Counted from the stretch's first letter, positions 1-10,489 are shown. The stretch: 64,000 bases of DNA from an uncultured virus (IMG/VR IMGVR_UViG_3300011871_000003) (IMGVR_UViG_3300011871_000003), one strand, 5' to 3'. Numbers and translations are program-made. Notes: generated from the sequence alone by a model not told the origin.

Positions 1-380
1 TTATTAGCAAATTCTGAGATATCAACCTTTTCATAACCATCCTTATCTATTAAATAAACAAATTCTGTATCGCCATAATACATACGAGAAAGTTGATCTA
101 CAATAAGATTTAAGGAATCGTCATGATAATAATAAGGAAGATATTCTAATCTAGATAAATCAATCATACGTTTGCCATATTGATAAGCGACATAGTATAG
201 GCATTGATATAAAGAGGCGTATTGTTCACTAGCCATAGAGGAATATACTGCAATAATTCCTGAATCAAAAGTATCAAATCGAATACAGAAATCAAAATCT
301 TTAAATTGTTCTTCTAATGTTATTAAAATCTTTTCTTTTGGGGCATCTGCTTTAAGCTCAAGTTTTAATTCATATGACAT
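1..380 (-). CDS. hypothetical protein, runs off the window start (partial)
   Basis: Manual translation from ATG at 380 (MSYELKLELKADAPKEK...) stays open to base 1. Confidence 0.6.
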   Translation of the reverse strand, partial: MSYELKLELKADAPKEKILITLEEQFKDFDFCIRFDTFDSGIIAVYSSMASEQYASLYQCLYYVAYQYGKRMIDLSRLEYLPYYYHDDSLNLIVDQLSRMYYGDTEFVYLIDKDGYEKVDISEFAN

Positions 381-509
381 AAGGCATCCTTAAATTGTTT
401 TATAATATGATATCATAAGAGTTATGATAAAATCGAAAATATATATAAAGTATTTGTGCAAAACAGAGAATTTTGATATACTATCTCATATAATTTAAAG
501 GAGTCTATA

Positions 510-1268
510 ATGAAGATTAACAATCCTGTAAACCATCAAAGTAAAAACAATGTATCACCATTTGTATTGAATGGTTATGTAGAAGTATCGAATATTTCTC
601 CCTGCATAGATTCTCTTTTCTTATCATCAAAAAATCTTATCAGTATTTATTATTTGGATAAGGAATGCGGTTTAAATATTAATTTTAAAAAATGGTTGAG
701 TGTAATTGAAAAACAGGAAAAATTAGAACTAATTAATGAAGCAATAAAAGTATTTTCAAATTTTGTTAATCGTGAATGTTTTTTTGATAATAAAAAATGT
801 GACCTTTTACATCTTACATTTTGGAAGGCTAAAACTAAAGAAGAGCATATTGCTTTAATTGATAATCATTTGAAAGATTTAAATAAAAGCGGTGAACAAA
901 GGCTTCGTTCTTTTAGTGAACAACGCTATAAGACTGGTTGGGCATTAATAGATGGTTCCTTGGTAAGTATCGAAGGTGAAGTTAGTGTAATCATTACTCA
1001 AGATTTTACCTCTAAAATTTTCAAAGTGATTTCAGATCATGTTAAAGAGCATTTAGATAATGCTGAAAAAGAACTTGATGAAGTGCTTTCTAATATTGAA
1101 GGTTTTAAAAAGTTCTATAATACCGAAGATACTAAAAAATTCTTAACAGATGTTGTAAATGAGCTTTTTACTTTAGAACGTGATTCTGATAGTGAAAGTT
1201 ATGATCTCAAGAAATTAGAAAACCTAGTTGAAGATTATCTACTGTTGAAAAAAGTCAAAGTATGGTGA
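510..1268 (+). CDS. hypothetical protein, paralog family A (copy 1)
   Basis: 252 aa, SD AAGGAG, upstream TTGTGC promoter; shares VS.I.P.IDSL and IF..I.DHV..HLD.A motifs with 1355 and 17745 ORFs. Confidence 0.8.
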   Translation: MKINNPVNHQSKNNVSPFVLNGYVEVSNISPCIDSLFLSSKNLISIYYLDKECGLNINFKKWLSVIEKQEKLELINEAIKVFSNFVNRECFFDNKKCDLLHLTFWKAKTKEEHIALIDNHLKDLNKSGEQRLRSFSEQRYKTGWALIDGSLVSIEGEVSVIITQDFTSKIFKVISDHVKEHLDNAEKELDEVLSNIEGFKKFYNTEDTKKFLTDVVNELFTLERDSDSESYDLKKLENLVEDYLLLKKVKVW

Positions 1269-1354
1269 TTTAAGCTCCTGCGGGAGCTTTTTCATTGTAC
1301 TTCATTAGTGAATAAGTTATAATGAGACAACAAACTAACTACTATGGTAAAAAT

Positions 1355-2086
1355 ATGATTATTTATGAATCTTTTGGTTTTGGTGATCCGAAGAAGGTGT
1401 CAACAAAGGTGACAGAAGGTCTGATTCTTGTTTCCGATGTTGCTCCTTTTATTGATTCTCTTAAGTTTAGTTGGATGGATCTTCATTTATTGAAAGAGAT
1501 AAGAGGGCAAGAAATCAATATTGATTTTGATAAATGGTTAACACTGCTAAAAAAAGAGCAAGATCTTGGTTATATTTTCGCTGCTGTCCGAGCTTTAAAA
1601 AATTCATTAGCTTACGAAGCTTATATTGATGATAATAATGAATTGGTTTTTTCTTTTGATATTAAGTTTCATGATGGAGAAAAAGATTCTGTGGCAGAGT
1701 TTTATTCTTTGTTGAATAAAGGAAAATCACAAGAAGTTAAATCAATGAAGTTTGATAAAAATAATGAATGGAAAGTTAAGGATGACGAACTTGTTACTTC
1801 TGTAGAAGGTTTGGAGCTTAAAATTTCTAAAGATAAAAAAGATGAACTGTTTAAAATGATTGCCGATCATGTTAATCAGCATTTAGATAATGCTATCGAA
1901 AATGTTGAAGAATCTTTAAAACGTAATAAATTCTGGTCAGCTTTATACAAAAAAGCGAACCAAGAAAAGATTATTGAATTGTTCAACAAAGAAAAAGAAA
2001 GTAATAGTGATAACGTAAAAGAATTCATAGAAGAAGCATCAGAAGCTCTTAGCGAAATCTTTGGTTTAACCGTGAAGGTTTGGTAA
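1355..2086 (+). CDS. hypothetical protein, paralog family A (copy 2)
   Basis: Homologous to the 510 ORF, same KVW C-terminus; start moved from 1322 because that ATG overlaps a TATAAT -10 box. Confidence 0.8.
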   Translation: MIIYESFGFGDPKKVSTKVTEGLILVSDVAPFIDSLKFSWMDLHLLKEIRGQEINIDFDKWLTLLKKEQDLGYIFAAVRALKNSLAYEAYIDDNNELVFSFDIKFHDGEKDSVAEFYSLLNKGKSQEVKSMKFDKNNEWKVKDDELVTSVEGLELKISKDKKDELFKMIADHVNQHLDNAIENVEESLKRNKFWSALYKKANQEKIIELFNKEKESNSDNVKEFIEEASEALSEIFGLTVKVW

Positions 2087-2154
2087 ATAGTTGTTGTGCA
2101 CAAGTTAAGGGTATGCTAAAATACCCTTACTTTGAAACAGTAAGAGAAAATAAA

Positions 2155-2418
2155 ATGAATACAACATTACTTGATGGCGAACTTTTTGAAAAACAAAAAG
2201 TACAAAAACAGGAACGTATTGGTACATGGGGTATGGAATACAATGTTTTAAAAAATTCAGGTTTTCAATCACTGATTGAAAAAGTAGCAAAGCATTTTGA
2301 TTTAGAGTTAGATTTTAAAATCAAAAAAGGTTGGTTTTTTGAGTATGGGATTTTCAAAGTAAGAGGTAAGGAAAGTCAATTATTAGCGTTTAAAAAAGAA
2401 GTAGAAAATCTTATTTAA
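2155..2418 (+). CDS. hypothetical protein
   Basis: ATG after GAGA SD; KG.FFEYG..V.G motif also seen at the C-terminus of the 52321 ORF. Confidence 0.7.
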   Translation: MNTTLLDGELFEKQKVQKQERIGTWGMEYNVLKNSGFQSLIEKVAKHFDLELDFKIKKGWFFEYGIFKVRGKESQLLAFKKEVENLI

Positions 2419-2433
2419 TGAATGAGGAATAAA

Positions 2434-2670
2434 ATGAAAAGATTAATGACTTTACTTACCCTGATGCTTGTTATTTTTAGCTTTAATGTCACCGCTGAAA
2501 CCACAAGTGGTCAAATACAAGTAAGTTTAACTATTTTGCCATCAGAAGGCTGTAGCCAGCAATACTGTGCTATTAAACCAGAGAAAATTATCAAAGATTT
2601 AAAAAATAACAGCAATAAAGAAAATTACAAAATCAGTCAAAATAACGGTGTTATCACAGTTGAATTTTAA
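2434..2670 (+). CDS. small secreted protein
   Basis: Signal-peptide-like N-terminus MKRLMTLLTLMLVIFSFNVTA; GAGG SD. Confidence 0.65.
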   Translation: MKRLMTLLTLMLVIFSFNVTAETTSGQIQVSLTILPSEGCSQQYCAIKPEKIIKDLKNNSNKENYKISQNNGVITVEF

Positions 2671-2691
2671 ATCAAAAAGGAATCAAATCAT

Positions 2692-2964
2692 ATGAAAAAA
2701 TATATTATTGCTTTTCTAGTATTCTTTTCTTTTGTTGGAATGTCTCATGCTGATAGTAAATTTGAGGTAAAATATTACAATAAAGGAGCACGTTATTATA
2801 TTACCTGTCTGACTGAAAGAGGTCAGCATATTACCAATGAGCCAGTTAAAGAAATTGTTGAGGTTAAAGATGGTATAGTAAAATATAAACAAATGAATGA
2901 TGCTTATGGATTTTCTACTGCGGAACGATGTAATATTAAAGGTCTGTCAGGACAATTAGATTAA
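2692..2964 (+). CDS. small secreted protein
   Basis: Signal peptide ending SHA; AAGGA SD. Confidence 0.7.
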   Translation: MKKYIIAFLVFFSFVGMSHADSKFEVKYYNKGARYYITCLTERGQHITNEPVKEIVEVKDGIVKYKQMNDAYGFSTAERCNIKGLSGQLD

Positions 2965-2966
2965 GT

Positions 2967-2990
2967 AAAAAAGCCTCTTGCGAGGCTTTT
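2967..2990. terminator. bidirectional intrinsic terminator
   Basis: AAAAAAGCCTC-TTGC-GAGGCTTTT between convergent genes; same hairpin type at 8392, 16741, 30276. Confidence 0.8.
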
Positions 2991-3744
2991 ATTTTTTATA
3001 AAGAATTTCTTTGGCTTCAAACTCTTTTTTCATTTTATTGAGTTCTATATTCTTAATATCTCGTATAGATATAACAGGTTTAGAAATAATATCACTGATT
3101 AATACTTTTTCAGTAGATGAATAATCCATTGTATCTATTGCTTTTTCAAGATGTATTTTTTCTTCTTCTGTTAGCTTTTTATTAATAACTCTCTCTGTTA
3201 ATGAAAAGTTATCTTTAATATATTTGTTGTATACTTTAAGTTTTTCATTATTCATACACTCTTCATTAAATAAAGTATCAAATAAGGATGCATCTTTTCC
3301 AATTTTAAAAAAGAGAATAAATGAACGAAATAAAAACCAAAAGAAAAATAACATAAATACAGTAGAAAATAAAACTTCTGATTTAGAAACTATTTCATCG
3401 GAGACTACATGATTTATATAAGCAGAAAATAACTTAGATACTAAATACAATAGGGACAATAATATTCCTGTATCAAGCAAGGCGGAAATATTAGAAGACT
3501 TACCTGATTTTATTTTTATTTCTGTTAAATTGTTAGTCATTAATACAACAATTTTTTTACCCCATAATATAGATGAACGCTTATAAACTAAATATACATT
3601 ATCTTTATAGTTGAAATCATATTGAGGTTCTTGAGGGCAATATACGGTATAAATTCTATCTTTATGAGCTATTTTATATTCATACTCATTACCTACAACT
3701 TCTTTTGACAATATTTGTCCATGAATATTTTTTCTTATTAACAT
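2989..3744 (-). CDS. hypothetical membrane protein
   Basis: 251 aa with two hydrophobic segments. Confidence 0.7.
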   Translation of the reverse strand: MLIRKNIHGQILSKEVVGNEYEYKIAHKDRIYTVYCPQEPQYDFNYKDNVYLVYKRSSILWGKKIVVLMTNNLTEIKIKSGKSSNISALLDTGILLSLLYLVSKLFSAYINHVVSDEIVSKSEVLFSTVFMLFFFWFLFRSFILFFKIGKDASLFDTLFNEECMNNEKLKVYNKYIKDNFSLTERVINKKLTEEEKIHLEKAIDTMDYSSTEKVLISDIISKPVISIRDIKNIELNKMKKEFEAKEILYKK

Positions 3745-3818
3745 TTTTACATCCTATATTTTATTTAATGTTATTATTAAAACATATCCGGCTATAAATT
3801 CAATAATGTAAAAAAAGA

Positions 3819-3847
3819 TTGTGCAAGATAAAGCTAAATGCTATAAT
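3819..3847 (+). promoter_or_regulatory. sigma70-like phage promoter (TTGTGC-N17-TATAAT)
   Basis: Exact 17-nt spacing with extended -10 TG; same -35 motif and spacing at 6604, 16140, 19809, 31749, 32953, 49373, 57649. Confidence 0.75.
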
Positions 3848-3875
3848 GATTGAAAATTAACATAGAGGATAAAAA

Positions 3876-4124
3876 ATGAAAACAGCATTCCAGATCACTG
3901 AAATCACATCAGGTAAAGTGCTTGGCTGTATTAGTAAAATGCAGTTAAAAATGATTAAAGAACTTATTCATGATATGAGTAAGGATGATGAAATGCACCT
4001 TGACTCTTTGCTTGATGGTTATAATAACACTAAGCATCTGTCTCTCGAAGATGTTGTAGCTTTTGGAGCAGGTGATAATACTTACAATTTCGAACAGGTT
4101 CCTTATGTTGAGGTAATTGAATAA
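3876..4124 (+). CDS. hypothetical protein
   Basis: 82 aa, GAGG SD, downstream of promoter. Confidence 0.7.
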   Translation: MKTAFQITEITSGKVLGCISKMQLKMIKELIHDMSKDDEMHLDSLLDGYNNTKHLSLEDVVAFGAGDNTYNFEQVPYVEVIE

Positions 4125-4408
4125 TGAAAAAAGTTATTGCTATTGTTTTTTTAATGATGTCCTTTCAGTCTTGGGCTTCAGCAATTATTTTAAGTGCCGC
4201 TGCAGATGCTGCTTCTTCATCAAATGAAGAAAAAAGAAAAGTGTGTGAGGTGGTTGTTTCAAACGATAAATCCACTTTTTATGATTGTGGCAATTATGTA
4301 TTGAGTTACACTCCTCAAGCAGAAGGAAGTAAATCAGATAATCCACAATATTACAGATATTGCCAGAAAAAAAGTGATGGTTCTTTAGCTGGTTGCACTT
4401 ATTTATAA
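4124..4408 (+). CDS. small secreted Cys-containing protein
   Basis: Signal peptide; TAATG overlap with the previous gene. Confidence 0.7.
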   Translation: MKKVIAIVFLMMSFQSWASAIILSAAADAASSSNEEKRKVCEVVVSNDKSTFYDCGNYVLSYTPQAEGSKSDNPQYYRYCQKKSDGSLAGCTYL

Positions 4409-4416
4409 GGTTAAAA

Positions 4417-5322
4417 ATGAATATTAAATCTGATTTTATTGAAAAGCTTAAAGAACTCATAAAAGAATATAATCTACAAAAAGGTATATCTTTAAAAGAA
4501 GTTGCAGAAAAAGAAGGGGTAATAGAAAAACTTAAAGATATTTCCTTAGAGCTTAAATCGAAAATAGAATCCATATTAGCTAAAAATAATATCTTTTTCG
4601 ATGATAGATATTATACTCTTGAAGAGCTTGAGAATATGTGTATTTTAAATAAAGAGCTTTTTTCTTTAGATATTATACGTTTTAAAGTTACTCAATGCCT
4701 TTTTAGTATTATAAATAATGAAAGTGATGAGTATATCAAACTTATTGGTAATAATGATATTCTTTGTAGCATGAAAACTAAAACATGCCGGGAATGTGGT
4801 AGTGTATATTATTATGGTTTGGATTTAAAAGAATCAAAAATAGTTCCATTTAATGGTAAGCATAAATGCGTAGAAGTTCCAGAAATTATAAAAACAAAAG
4901 TAAGAGTAAATGGGAAAATTGGTTTTTCTAATGTTATGAGAAGTTTTTCTCCAGAAGTTGATGTTAATGCTCCAATCATAAGCTCTAAACTTGGGAAGGT
5001 ATTAGAAATAAAACAATGGGCGAAACATAATATATCCAGATGTTTTGTAGGACATCAAGATCTTCATGTTTGGATGAAGGATGATGAAATCGTAGTGGGA
5101 AATATTTATAAAGATAATGATTACGAAAAAGAAATAAAAATGATGAAAGATAATGGTTATAGTGATATGGGTTATGTTATTATTGATGCATGGACTATCC
5201 ATATTTTTAATGGTAAGGCGAAAGAGGATGAGGCAAGTCTTATTATTGATACACCCTATAAAACGGTTATGGTTGAGCACAATCTGAAAATAGGCTCAAT
5301 AAAAATTACAGGATTAAAATAG
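4417..5322 (+). CDS. hypothetical protein
   Basis: ~301 aa ORF containing a CxxC motif. Confidence 0.7.
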   Translation: MNIKSDFIEKLKELIKEYNLQKGISLKEVAEKEGVIEKLKDISLELKSKIESILAKNNIFFDDRYYTLEELENMCILNKELFSLDIIRFKVTQCLFSIINNESDEYIKLIGNNDILCSMKTKTCRECGSVYYYGLDLKESKIVPFNGKHKCVEVPEIIKTKVRVNGKIGFSNVMRSFSPEVDVNAPIISSKLGKVLEIKQWAKHNISRCFVGHQDLHVWMKDDEIVVGNIYKDNDYEKEIKMMKDNGYSDMGYVIIDAWTIHIFNGKAKEDEASLIIDTPYKTVMVEHNLKIGSIKITGLK

Positions 5323-5330
5323 GAGTCATT

Positions 5331-5912
5331 ATGACAGATATTTTGAAAAAAGAAGTTGTTTACATTACTGATGAAGAAATGTTAGAAACTGTTCCTCGTA
5401 TTGGGGATAAGGTTAAGTTTACTACTAAAAAAGACGATTTGATTGTTGCGGGTGTTGGTAAGGTAAGGGATGTAAAAATAGTAGAACCCGGAAAAAATTT
5501 ATTTAGAAGCCACAGGCTTTATGCTATAGAATGTGAAAATGGTGAGTATTATCCGGTTCATAGTTTTTATGGAAAGAAACCAGAAGATACAATTTTTCTT
5601 TTAGACAATAAAAGAGTGAGTAAAAATGCTCAAATTGCCAATATGGGAAATATTAAAAGAAATCATATTTACACAAATCTGTATCATGAGCAGGAAGCAA
5701 AAAGGAACCTTCCTGATATAGGTCATAAAGTTAAATACACAATAAAGGATAATAATACTGTAGTTCATGGAACAGGAGAAGTAATAAGCAGAAAAATCAG
5801 GAATGCTATAAAACAGGAAGCTCTTTACAGTATAAAGACTAGCGATGGGAATGAGATTCAGGTTTATCATAACAGTCCACGAGCAACTGATGAAAGCGTA
5901 GTAAAATTTTAA
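5331..5912 (+). CDS. hypothetical protein with two tandem SH3/KOW-like repeats
   Basis: P.IGDKVKFT.K...GVG.V...LYAIE and P.IGHKVKYT.K...GTG.V...LYSIK repeats. Confidence 0.7.
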   Translation: MTDILKKEVVYITDEEMLETVPRIGDKVKFTTKKDDLIVAGVGKVRDVKIVEPGKNLFRSHRLYAIECENGEYYPVHSFYGKKPEDTIFLLDNKRVSKNAQIANMGNIKRNHIYTNLYHEQEAKRNLPDIGHKVKYTIKDNNTVVHGTGEVISRKIRNAIKQEALYSIKTSDGNEIQVYHNSPRATDESVVKF

Positions 5913-6013
5913 GCACCTCTTCGGAGGTGTTTTTATTTTTAAATAATAATGCTATGCAAGAACAAAGATTTATACTATAATCACTAAACACGAAAAGTTA
6001 AGAGGATTGCAAA

Positions 6014-6508
6014 ATGTCAGGTCAAGCATACGACAGATTGAAAAAAATTAGCATTGAAGAAACCATGAGTGCAATCGGTGTTCAGGTTGATTATCTGAAA
6101 GAAAGGGGGTTTTTTGAAGCTCTTAAAAACGGGCATAAAAGCAAAAGACAAATTTTAGATGGTGTGGAAGTTCACTTAACCTCTCTTCGTTTGTTAACCT
6201 TTTTCCAAAAAGGAACTACTTGCTCATGTTGCGGTCTGAAAGCTTCTTATTTTGCTTTTGAACGAAATGCTGGTAAAAAGGGAAAACAAGCAGAAGGAAG
6301 TTATCACTTAAATCTTTGGGGAGTAAACGAAGAAGGTGAAGAAATACTTTTTACTCATGATCATACCCTTGCCCGTGTGTTGGGTGGAGCGGATGATGGT
6401 ACCAATACAACAACGATGTGTACTAAGTGTAACTGCGAGAAATCTAAGTTAGAAAAAGTATTAGCTCAAGAAAAAAGAGCAAAGGAAAGAGAAAACATTG
6501 CTGCATAA
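6014..6508 (+). CDS. HNH endonuclease
   Basis: CSCC ... THDHTLARVLGGADDGTNTTTMCTKCNCEK HNH/zinc motif. Confidence 0.8.
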   Translation: MSGQAYDRLKKISIEETMSAIGVQVDYLKERGFFEALKNGHKSKRQILDGVEVHLTSLRLLTFFQKGTTCSCCGLKASYFAFERNAGKKGKQAEGSYHLNLWGVNEEGEEILFTHDHTLARVLGGADDGTNTTTMCTKCNCEKSKLEKVLAQEKRAKERENIAA

Positions 6509-6630
6509 TAATTAAAGGGGCTTAGGCCCCTTTAAAATAACAAAATTCCATAGTTAGTCTATTATCTATGTTCCCTTTTATATCTTCCCTAGAGTAAAAA
6601 AAGTTGTGCATAATATAAAAATGAAGTATA

Positions 6631-7302
6631 ATGATTGTCTTAATAAATTTATTAGCTTATTTTATAAGGAATAGGATATTGAGTAAAATCTTTTTATTTT
6701 TAATGATTATCTCTTTTGGTGTGTTAGCAGATAATGATTATCTAAAAATAGAAGCTTCTCATTTAGTTGAAGAAAATGGGAATAGTTTTACTGTTAATCA
6801 ATACGGAAGTGCTGTAAGATGGAATGATGATTATATTGTTACAGCTAAGCACCTTGATTTTGTTCAAGGGAGCAAATATAAATGCTCTGAAAATTGTGAT
6901 TTACAGTTCGTGAAATATAAAGGTAAAAGCATTACTCCCAAATGGAGAGAACGTGTTCCTTATGAAGATATCACGATTGTTGGAAATAGTCCGGGAAGTA
7001 AAACGATTATTTCTAAAGGGCAAGATTTAAATTTAAAGTATTATGTATCAAACACTAAAATAGAAAGTGTGCCATACAAAAAAGAACAAGTTAATGCTCT
7101 CGTATATGCCTCTAATGCTAAAGTTATACAAGGGCAATCTGGAGGTCCTGTATTTGGAAATAATGGTAATGTTATAGGTATGGTTATTGGGAATACTATT
7201 TTAACATCAGCAAAAACAGGGCAAGAGTTTGAAGTTTCTTTATACATTCCTTATTCAGTGATTGAAAAGGAATGGCTAAAATTCCAAAAGAGGATAAAAT
7301 AA
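6631..7302 (+). CDS. secreted trypsin-like serine protease
   Basis: VTAKH, CDLQF and GQSGGPV triad motifs; hydrophobic leader; exact start uncertain. Confidence 0.85.
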   Translation: MIVLINLLAYFIRNRILSKIFLFLMIISFGVLADNDYLKIEASHLVEENGNSFTVNQYGSAVRWNDDYIVTAKHLDFVQGSKYKCSENCDLQFVKYKGKSITPKWRERVPYEDITIVGNSPGSKTIISKGQDLNLKYYVSNTKIESVPYKKEQVNALVYASNAKVIQGQSGGPVFGNNGNVIGMVIGNTILTSAKTGQEFEVSLYIPYSVIEKEWLKFQKRIK

Positions 7303-7303
7303 T

Positions 7304-7474
7304 ATGAAAGCATATGGTCATTCTCGTCGAGATAAAATCGAATGTAAATATGGTTGCTGCACAACTAAATCTGGCCCTAAAAAGAACTGCCGTGCTGTAG
7401 TAGACAAGAGCAATCGTAAAACTGCTCGTCAATCTGCTTTCAAAGAAGTTAAGCATATTATTGAAGAAATTTAA
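7304..7474 (+). CDS. small basic Cys-containing protein (56 aa)
   Basis: Manual translation MKAYGHSRRDKIECKYGCCTTK...; AGGA SD; below the ORF-track cutoff. Confidence 0.65.
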   Translation: MKAYGHSRRDKIECKYGCCTTKSGPKKNCRAVVDKSNRKTARQSAFKEVKHIIEEI

Positions 7475-7483
7475 GGAGGACTA

Positions 7484-7687
7484 ATGAAAAACGAATTTAA
7501 AGCTGGTGATTCTGTTTTATTTAAATCTACTGATTCTGAAAGAAATGGTGCTGTAGTAAGTGCTATTGTAAAAGATGAACTGAGTAGAGATCTTTATGAT
7601 AAAGAAGATGTTGGACCAATGTATGTTATTACTACTGTAGATGGTAAGGATGAACATGCATTTGAAGATGAGCTAACTCTACAATAA
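7484..7687 (+). CDS. small SH3-like hypothetical protein
   Basis: AGGAGG SD; FKAGDSV...AFEDEL. Confidence 0.7.
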   Translation: MKNEFKAGDSVLFKSTDSERNGAVVSAIVKDELSRDLYDKEDVGPMYVITTVDGKDEHAFEDELTLQ

Positions 7688-7705
7688 ATTTAAAAGAAGG
7701 GAAAA

Positions 7706-8404
7706 ATGAAAATTATTTCTAAATTTCACGATCATTATGATTCAGCAAGTGCTTTTTATGATGATAGTATTTTATTAAAAAGACAGTCAGAGGTTATTGA
7801 GCAATCGAACTTAAAAACCGAGCTTCCTTATAAAACAATTCAAGTGGCAGCTTCATATGGTCGAAGTGTCGTAGATTCAATGAATCGTATTGCAGCCATA
7901 GATTTTCTTTACTTTTGTGGTAAGGTATATCCTCTTTTTTCTATTTTCAACTCCAGTTATCATTTTAAACAAGTCGGTAATGGAAGTGTTAGGATAGAGA
8001 ATCGTTCAGATGCTATTTATTTTAGTAGTATTCAAGAGCTTATTAATGAGGCAGAAAAAAGAGATATTAGATTTGGTTCTGGCAAGTATGCAGAAGATAA
8101 AATTAAAAAGTATGAACAGTTAGTGAAAGATTGTTTATCTGTAGAAATTAAAGCGGATATTTTTAGTGAAATTGGTGTGCCTTACTTTATGACAGAAGGT
8201 TGTTCCATTATTACTTATCCTGTATTAAAGAACTTGACGAAATCATTTAAGCTTGATGCTTATGGAATCTATCAAGAGATTGAAATGTATATTGGTGGTG
8301 TTCTTGGTTCACAAGAAAAAGAAACGATAGAAATTTCAGATAAAGATAAACGAGATAGTAAAGGATTTGATAACTACTCTTTCAAAAAAAGAAAAGCCTC
8401 ATGA
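7706..8404 (+). CDS. phage hypothetical protein
   Basis: 232 aa; MKIISKFHDHYD...FCGK.YP...KGFD..SF. Confidence 0.8.
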   Translation: MKIISKFHDHYDSASAFYDDSILLKRQSEVIEQSNLKTELPYKTIQVAASYGRSVVDSMNRIAAIDFLYFCGKVYPLFSIFNSSYHFKQVGNGSVRIENRSDAIYFSSIQELINEAEKRDIRFGSGKYAEDKIKKYEQLVKDCLSVEIKADIFSEIGVPYFMTEGCSIITYPVLKNLTKSFKLDAYGIYQEIEMYIGGVLGSQEKETIEISDKDKRDSKGFDNYSFKKRKAS

Positions 8405-8419
8405 GAGGCTTTTTTATCA

Positions 8420-8878
8420 TTAATGAACTTCGTTTTGCTCTTTGATTAACTGAATAACATTTTTAAACATTGGTTCAATACCGTAAGGTCTAAAAAATAT
8501 ATTATCTCGAATAACTACATTGAAATCATCTTTCGTTTCACTATCCATCATACTTGAAAGTCCAATAGTTTCATAATCCATTTCAAAAATAGGTTTAGCT
8601 GTCATAAAACCGCTAACTTTAGGATATCCTTGTTCAGCTTTATCCATTTTATTAGCCAACAAAAGCATAACAATCTGAATATTTTGCAGGTTTTTATTTG
8701 TTTGCTCTACATCACTACTCATAGAAAATGCGATTTTGTTTGTATTTTCATTTGGGTCTTTACCTGCTGCAGCAAGCCCAAAAGATTGTTTTAAGAGATT
8801 ACAGAAGATAATAGCGCTTTCTTCGTTATCATGATTAACGGTGAGGTTAATATCGTATCTCATTTTAAATCCAAACAT
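8420..8878 (-). CDS. hypothetical protein
   Basis: 152 aa, AGGAG SD. Confidence 0.7.
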   Translation of the reverse strand: MFGFKMRYDINLTVNHDNEESAIIFCNLLKQSFGLAAAGKDPNENTNKIAFSMSSDVEQTNKNLQNIQIVMLLLANKMDKAEQGYPKVSGFMTAKPIFEMDYETIGLSSMMDSETKDDFNVVIRDNIFFRPYGIEPMFKNVIQLIKEQNEVH

Positions 8879-9110
8879 AATCTAACTCCTATGATGTTTT
8901 TGATGATTCATTATACTATAAATGCAGGTAAAATCAAAGGTGTTTTATGCTTTTATAATAAATATAGTTAGTGCAATCTTTTATAAAATAAAATATAGGT
9001 AAAACTTAATATATAAAATAGTCATGAAAACGGATTTTTATACCTATAAAACGATTGATTCCAATCTATGATAAATGGTAAAATACTACTTTAAACAAGA
9101 GGAAGAATGA

Positions 9111-9428
9111 ATGACGAATATGATTGTTTCGATGAGCTTGGATTATGGTCGTTGTGGTAAAGTGAAAGGTGTTTTTCTTGTAAGCAAAGAGGATTTTGAG
9201 CTTGCTAAAAAACTGAATCCACAAGTCTATTTTGGTGAGATTCTTGGTAAACATTCAGAAGTTTATTGTGATTTTAATGAAATTTCATTTGAGGTAAAAA
9301 CAGAAGATCAGGAAAAAGTTAACGCACTGATTGAAATGGATATGCATTCTAGTGGTTACGATCCGTTTGAATACCTTGAAATGCATTCGCCTGAATGGAG
9401 GGAAGGTGAAGTAAATAAAGTAGGATAA
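9111..9428 (+). CDS. phage hypothetical protein
   Basis: 105 aa; YFGEILGKHSEV motif. Confidence 0.75.
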   Translation: MTNMIVSMSLDYGRCGKVKGVFLVSKEDFELAKKLNPQVYFGEILGKHSEVYCDFNEISFEVKTEDQEKVNALIEMDMHSSGYDPFEYLEMHSPEWREGEVNKVG

Positions 9429-9603
9429 TGTATAAAATATTACTCATTATCTCTTAAAATCATAGTTAATGTGTAAAATATTACACATTAGCTTGTTTCT
9501 CTCCGAAAGATAAAATAAATAAAAAAACAGTTGCAAGTGACAACATGGAATGTTATATTATGTTTATTGAAGCAATATACTAAACTTTTCTTTGGAGAAT
9601 AAA

Positions 9604-9738
9604 ATGAACGAAGTAAAACTGAACGGTGCTAAGTCTATGGTTATGCAGACTCTGTTTGCTTCTAAGACACAAGTAGACCGTAAGAAAAACGCAAAGCTCA
9701 TGCGTAAAGATAAGCACAAAGGCAAGTCCTTTGAGTGA
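9604..9738 (+). CDS. ArfA-like small basic protein (44 aa)
   Basis: Manual translation ...TLFASKTQVDRKKNAKLMRKDKHKGK; LF-x14-MRKxKH spacing as in E. coli ArfA; GGAG SD, own terminator. Confidence 0.5.
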   Translation: MNEVKLNGAKSMVMQTLFASKTQVDRKKNAKLMRKDKHKGKSFE

Positions 9739-9746
9739 TGAATGAG

Positions 9747-9770
9747 AAGGCGGCGCGAGTCGCCTTTTTT
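9747..9770 (+). terminator. intrinsic terminator
   Basis: AAGGCGGC-GCGA-GTCGCCTT followed by a T run. Confidence 0.8.
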
Positions 9771-9793
9771 ATTGCATAAAAAAGAGAATAAAA

Positions 9794-10434
9794 ATGATTA
9801 CACAAGAAGAATTTTTAACCGAAGAGTATATCAGTGAAATTTTTAAAACAGGTCAATGGAGTGAGCATGGAGCCTGTATTGAGCAATACATAGATGATAA
9901 TCATGAAAATGATGATTTTCCAGAAGAGTTCAGAGAATATGATGTTCATTTTTTTGATGTTTTAAAGAGTGAGTCATTCCAGAAACATGGCTTCCTGTTC
10001 GTTTCAGATATGCTAAAGAATGGTTAGAAAAGGATCTGTTAAGTTGTCGTTCAGATGATGGATTATATATTATAAAAAGAAAGATTTTCTGCAGTAATGA
10101 AACATTAACTCAATGTCAGGAGAAAGATATTGATATTGGTCGTTTTTGGACTACTTTACAGCCAGAGGCATACAATGGCTCGTTATCAGAAAGCAATCCA
10201 GTTGACTTGGTTGTTTACGCTAAAGTATCTTTAGATGATATTGATTTTACTGAAACAATGCGTTCTCGTATGGATTACACCAATGGTGATATGGAAAGTG
10301 AGATATATGTTAAAAAAGAATCCATTCCTATTTTTATAAAGCTATCGTGGATTGTTGATAATGAAATAAGAGATGTTGATTGTATAACAGAAGAGAGAGA
10401 ACTCAGATTAAAAGAAAAAGCGAGCAATGTTTGA
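9794..10434 (+). pseudogene. hypothetical gene split by a frameshift near 9980 (or an assembly error)
   Basis: A second frame from ~9982 (TWLPVRFRYAKEWLEKD...) is open into the 10207..10434 ORF. Confidence 0.6.
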
Positions 10435-10489
10435 TTGTCATTATAAAGTGGTGTTATAATATTTCATAAATTCAATCAGGATAAATATT

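Noticed and set aside
9794..10434. Programmed frameshift or TAG readthrough
   Set aside because: No slippery heptamer seen, and readthrough meets TAA five codons later; an indel or sequencing error is simpler.
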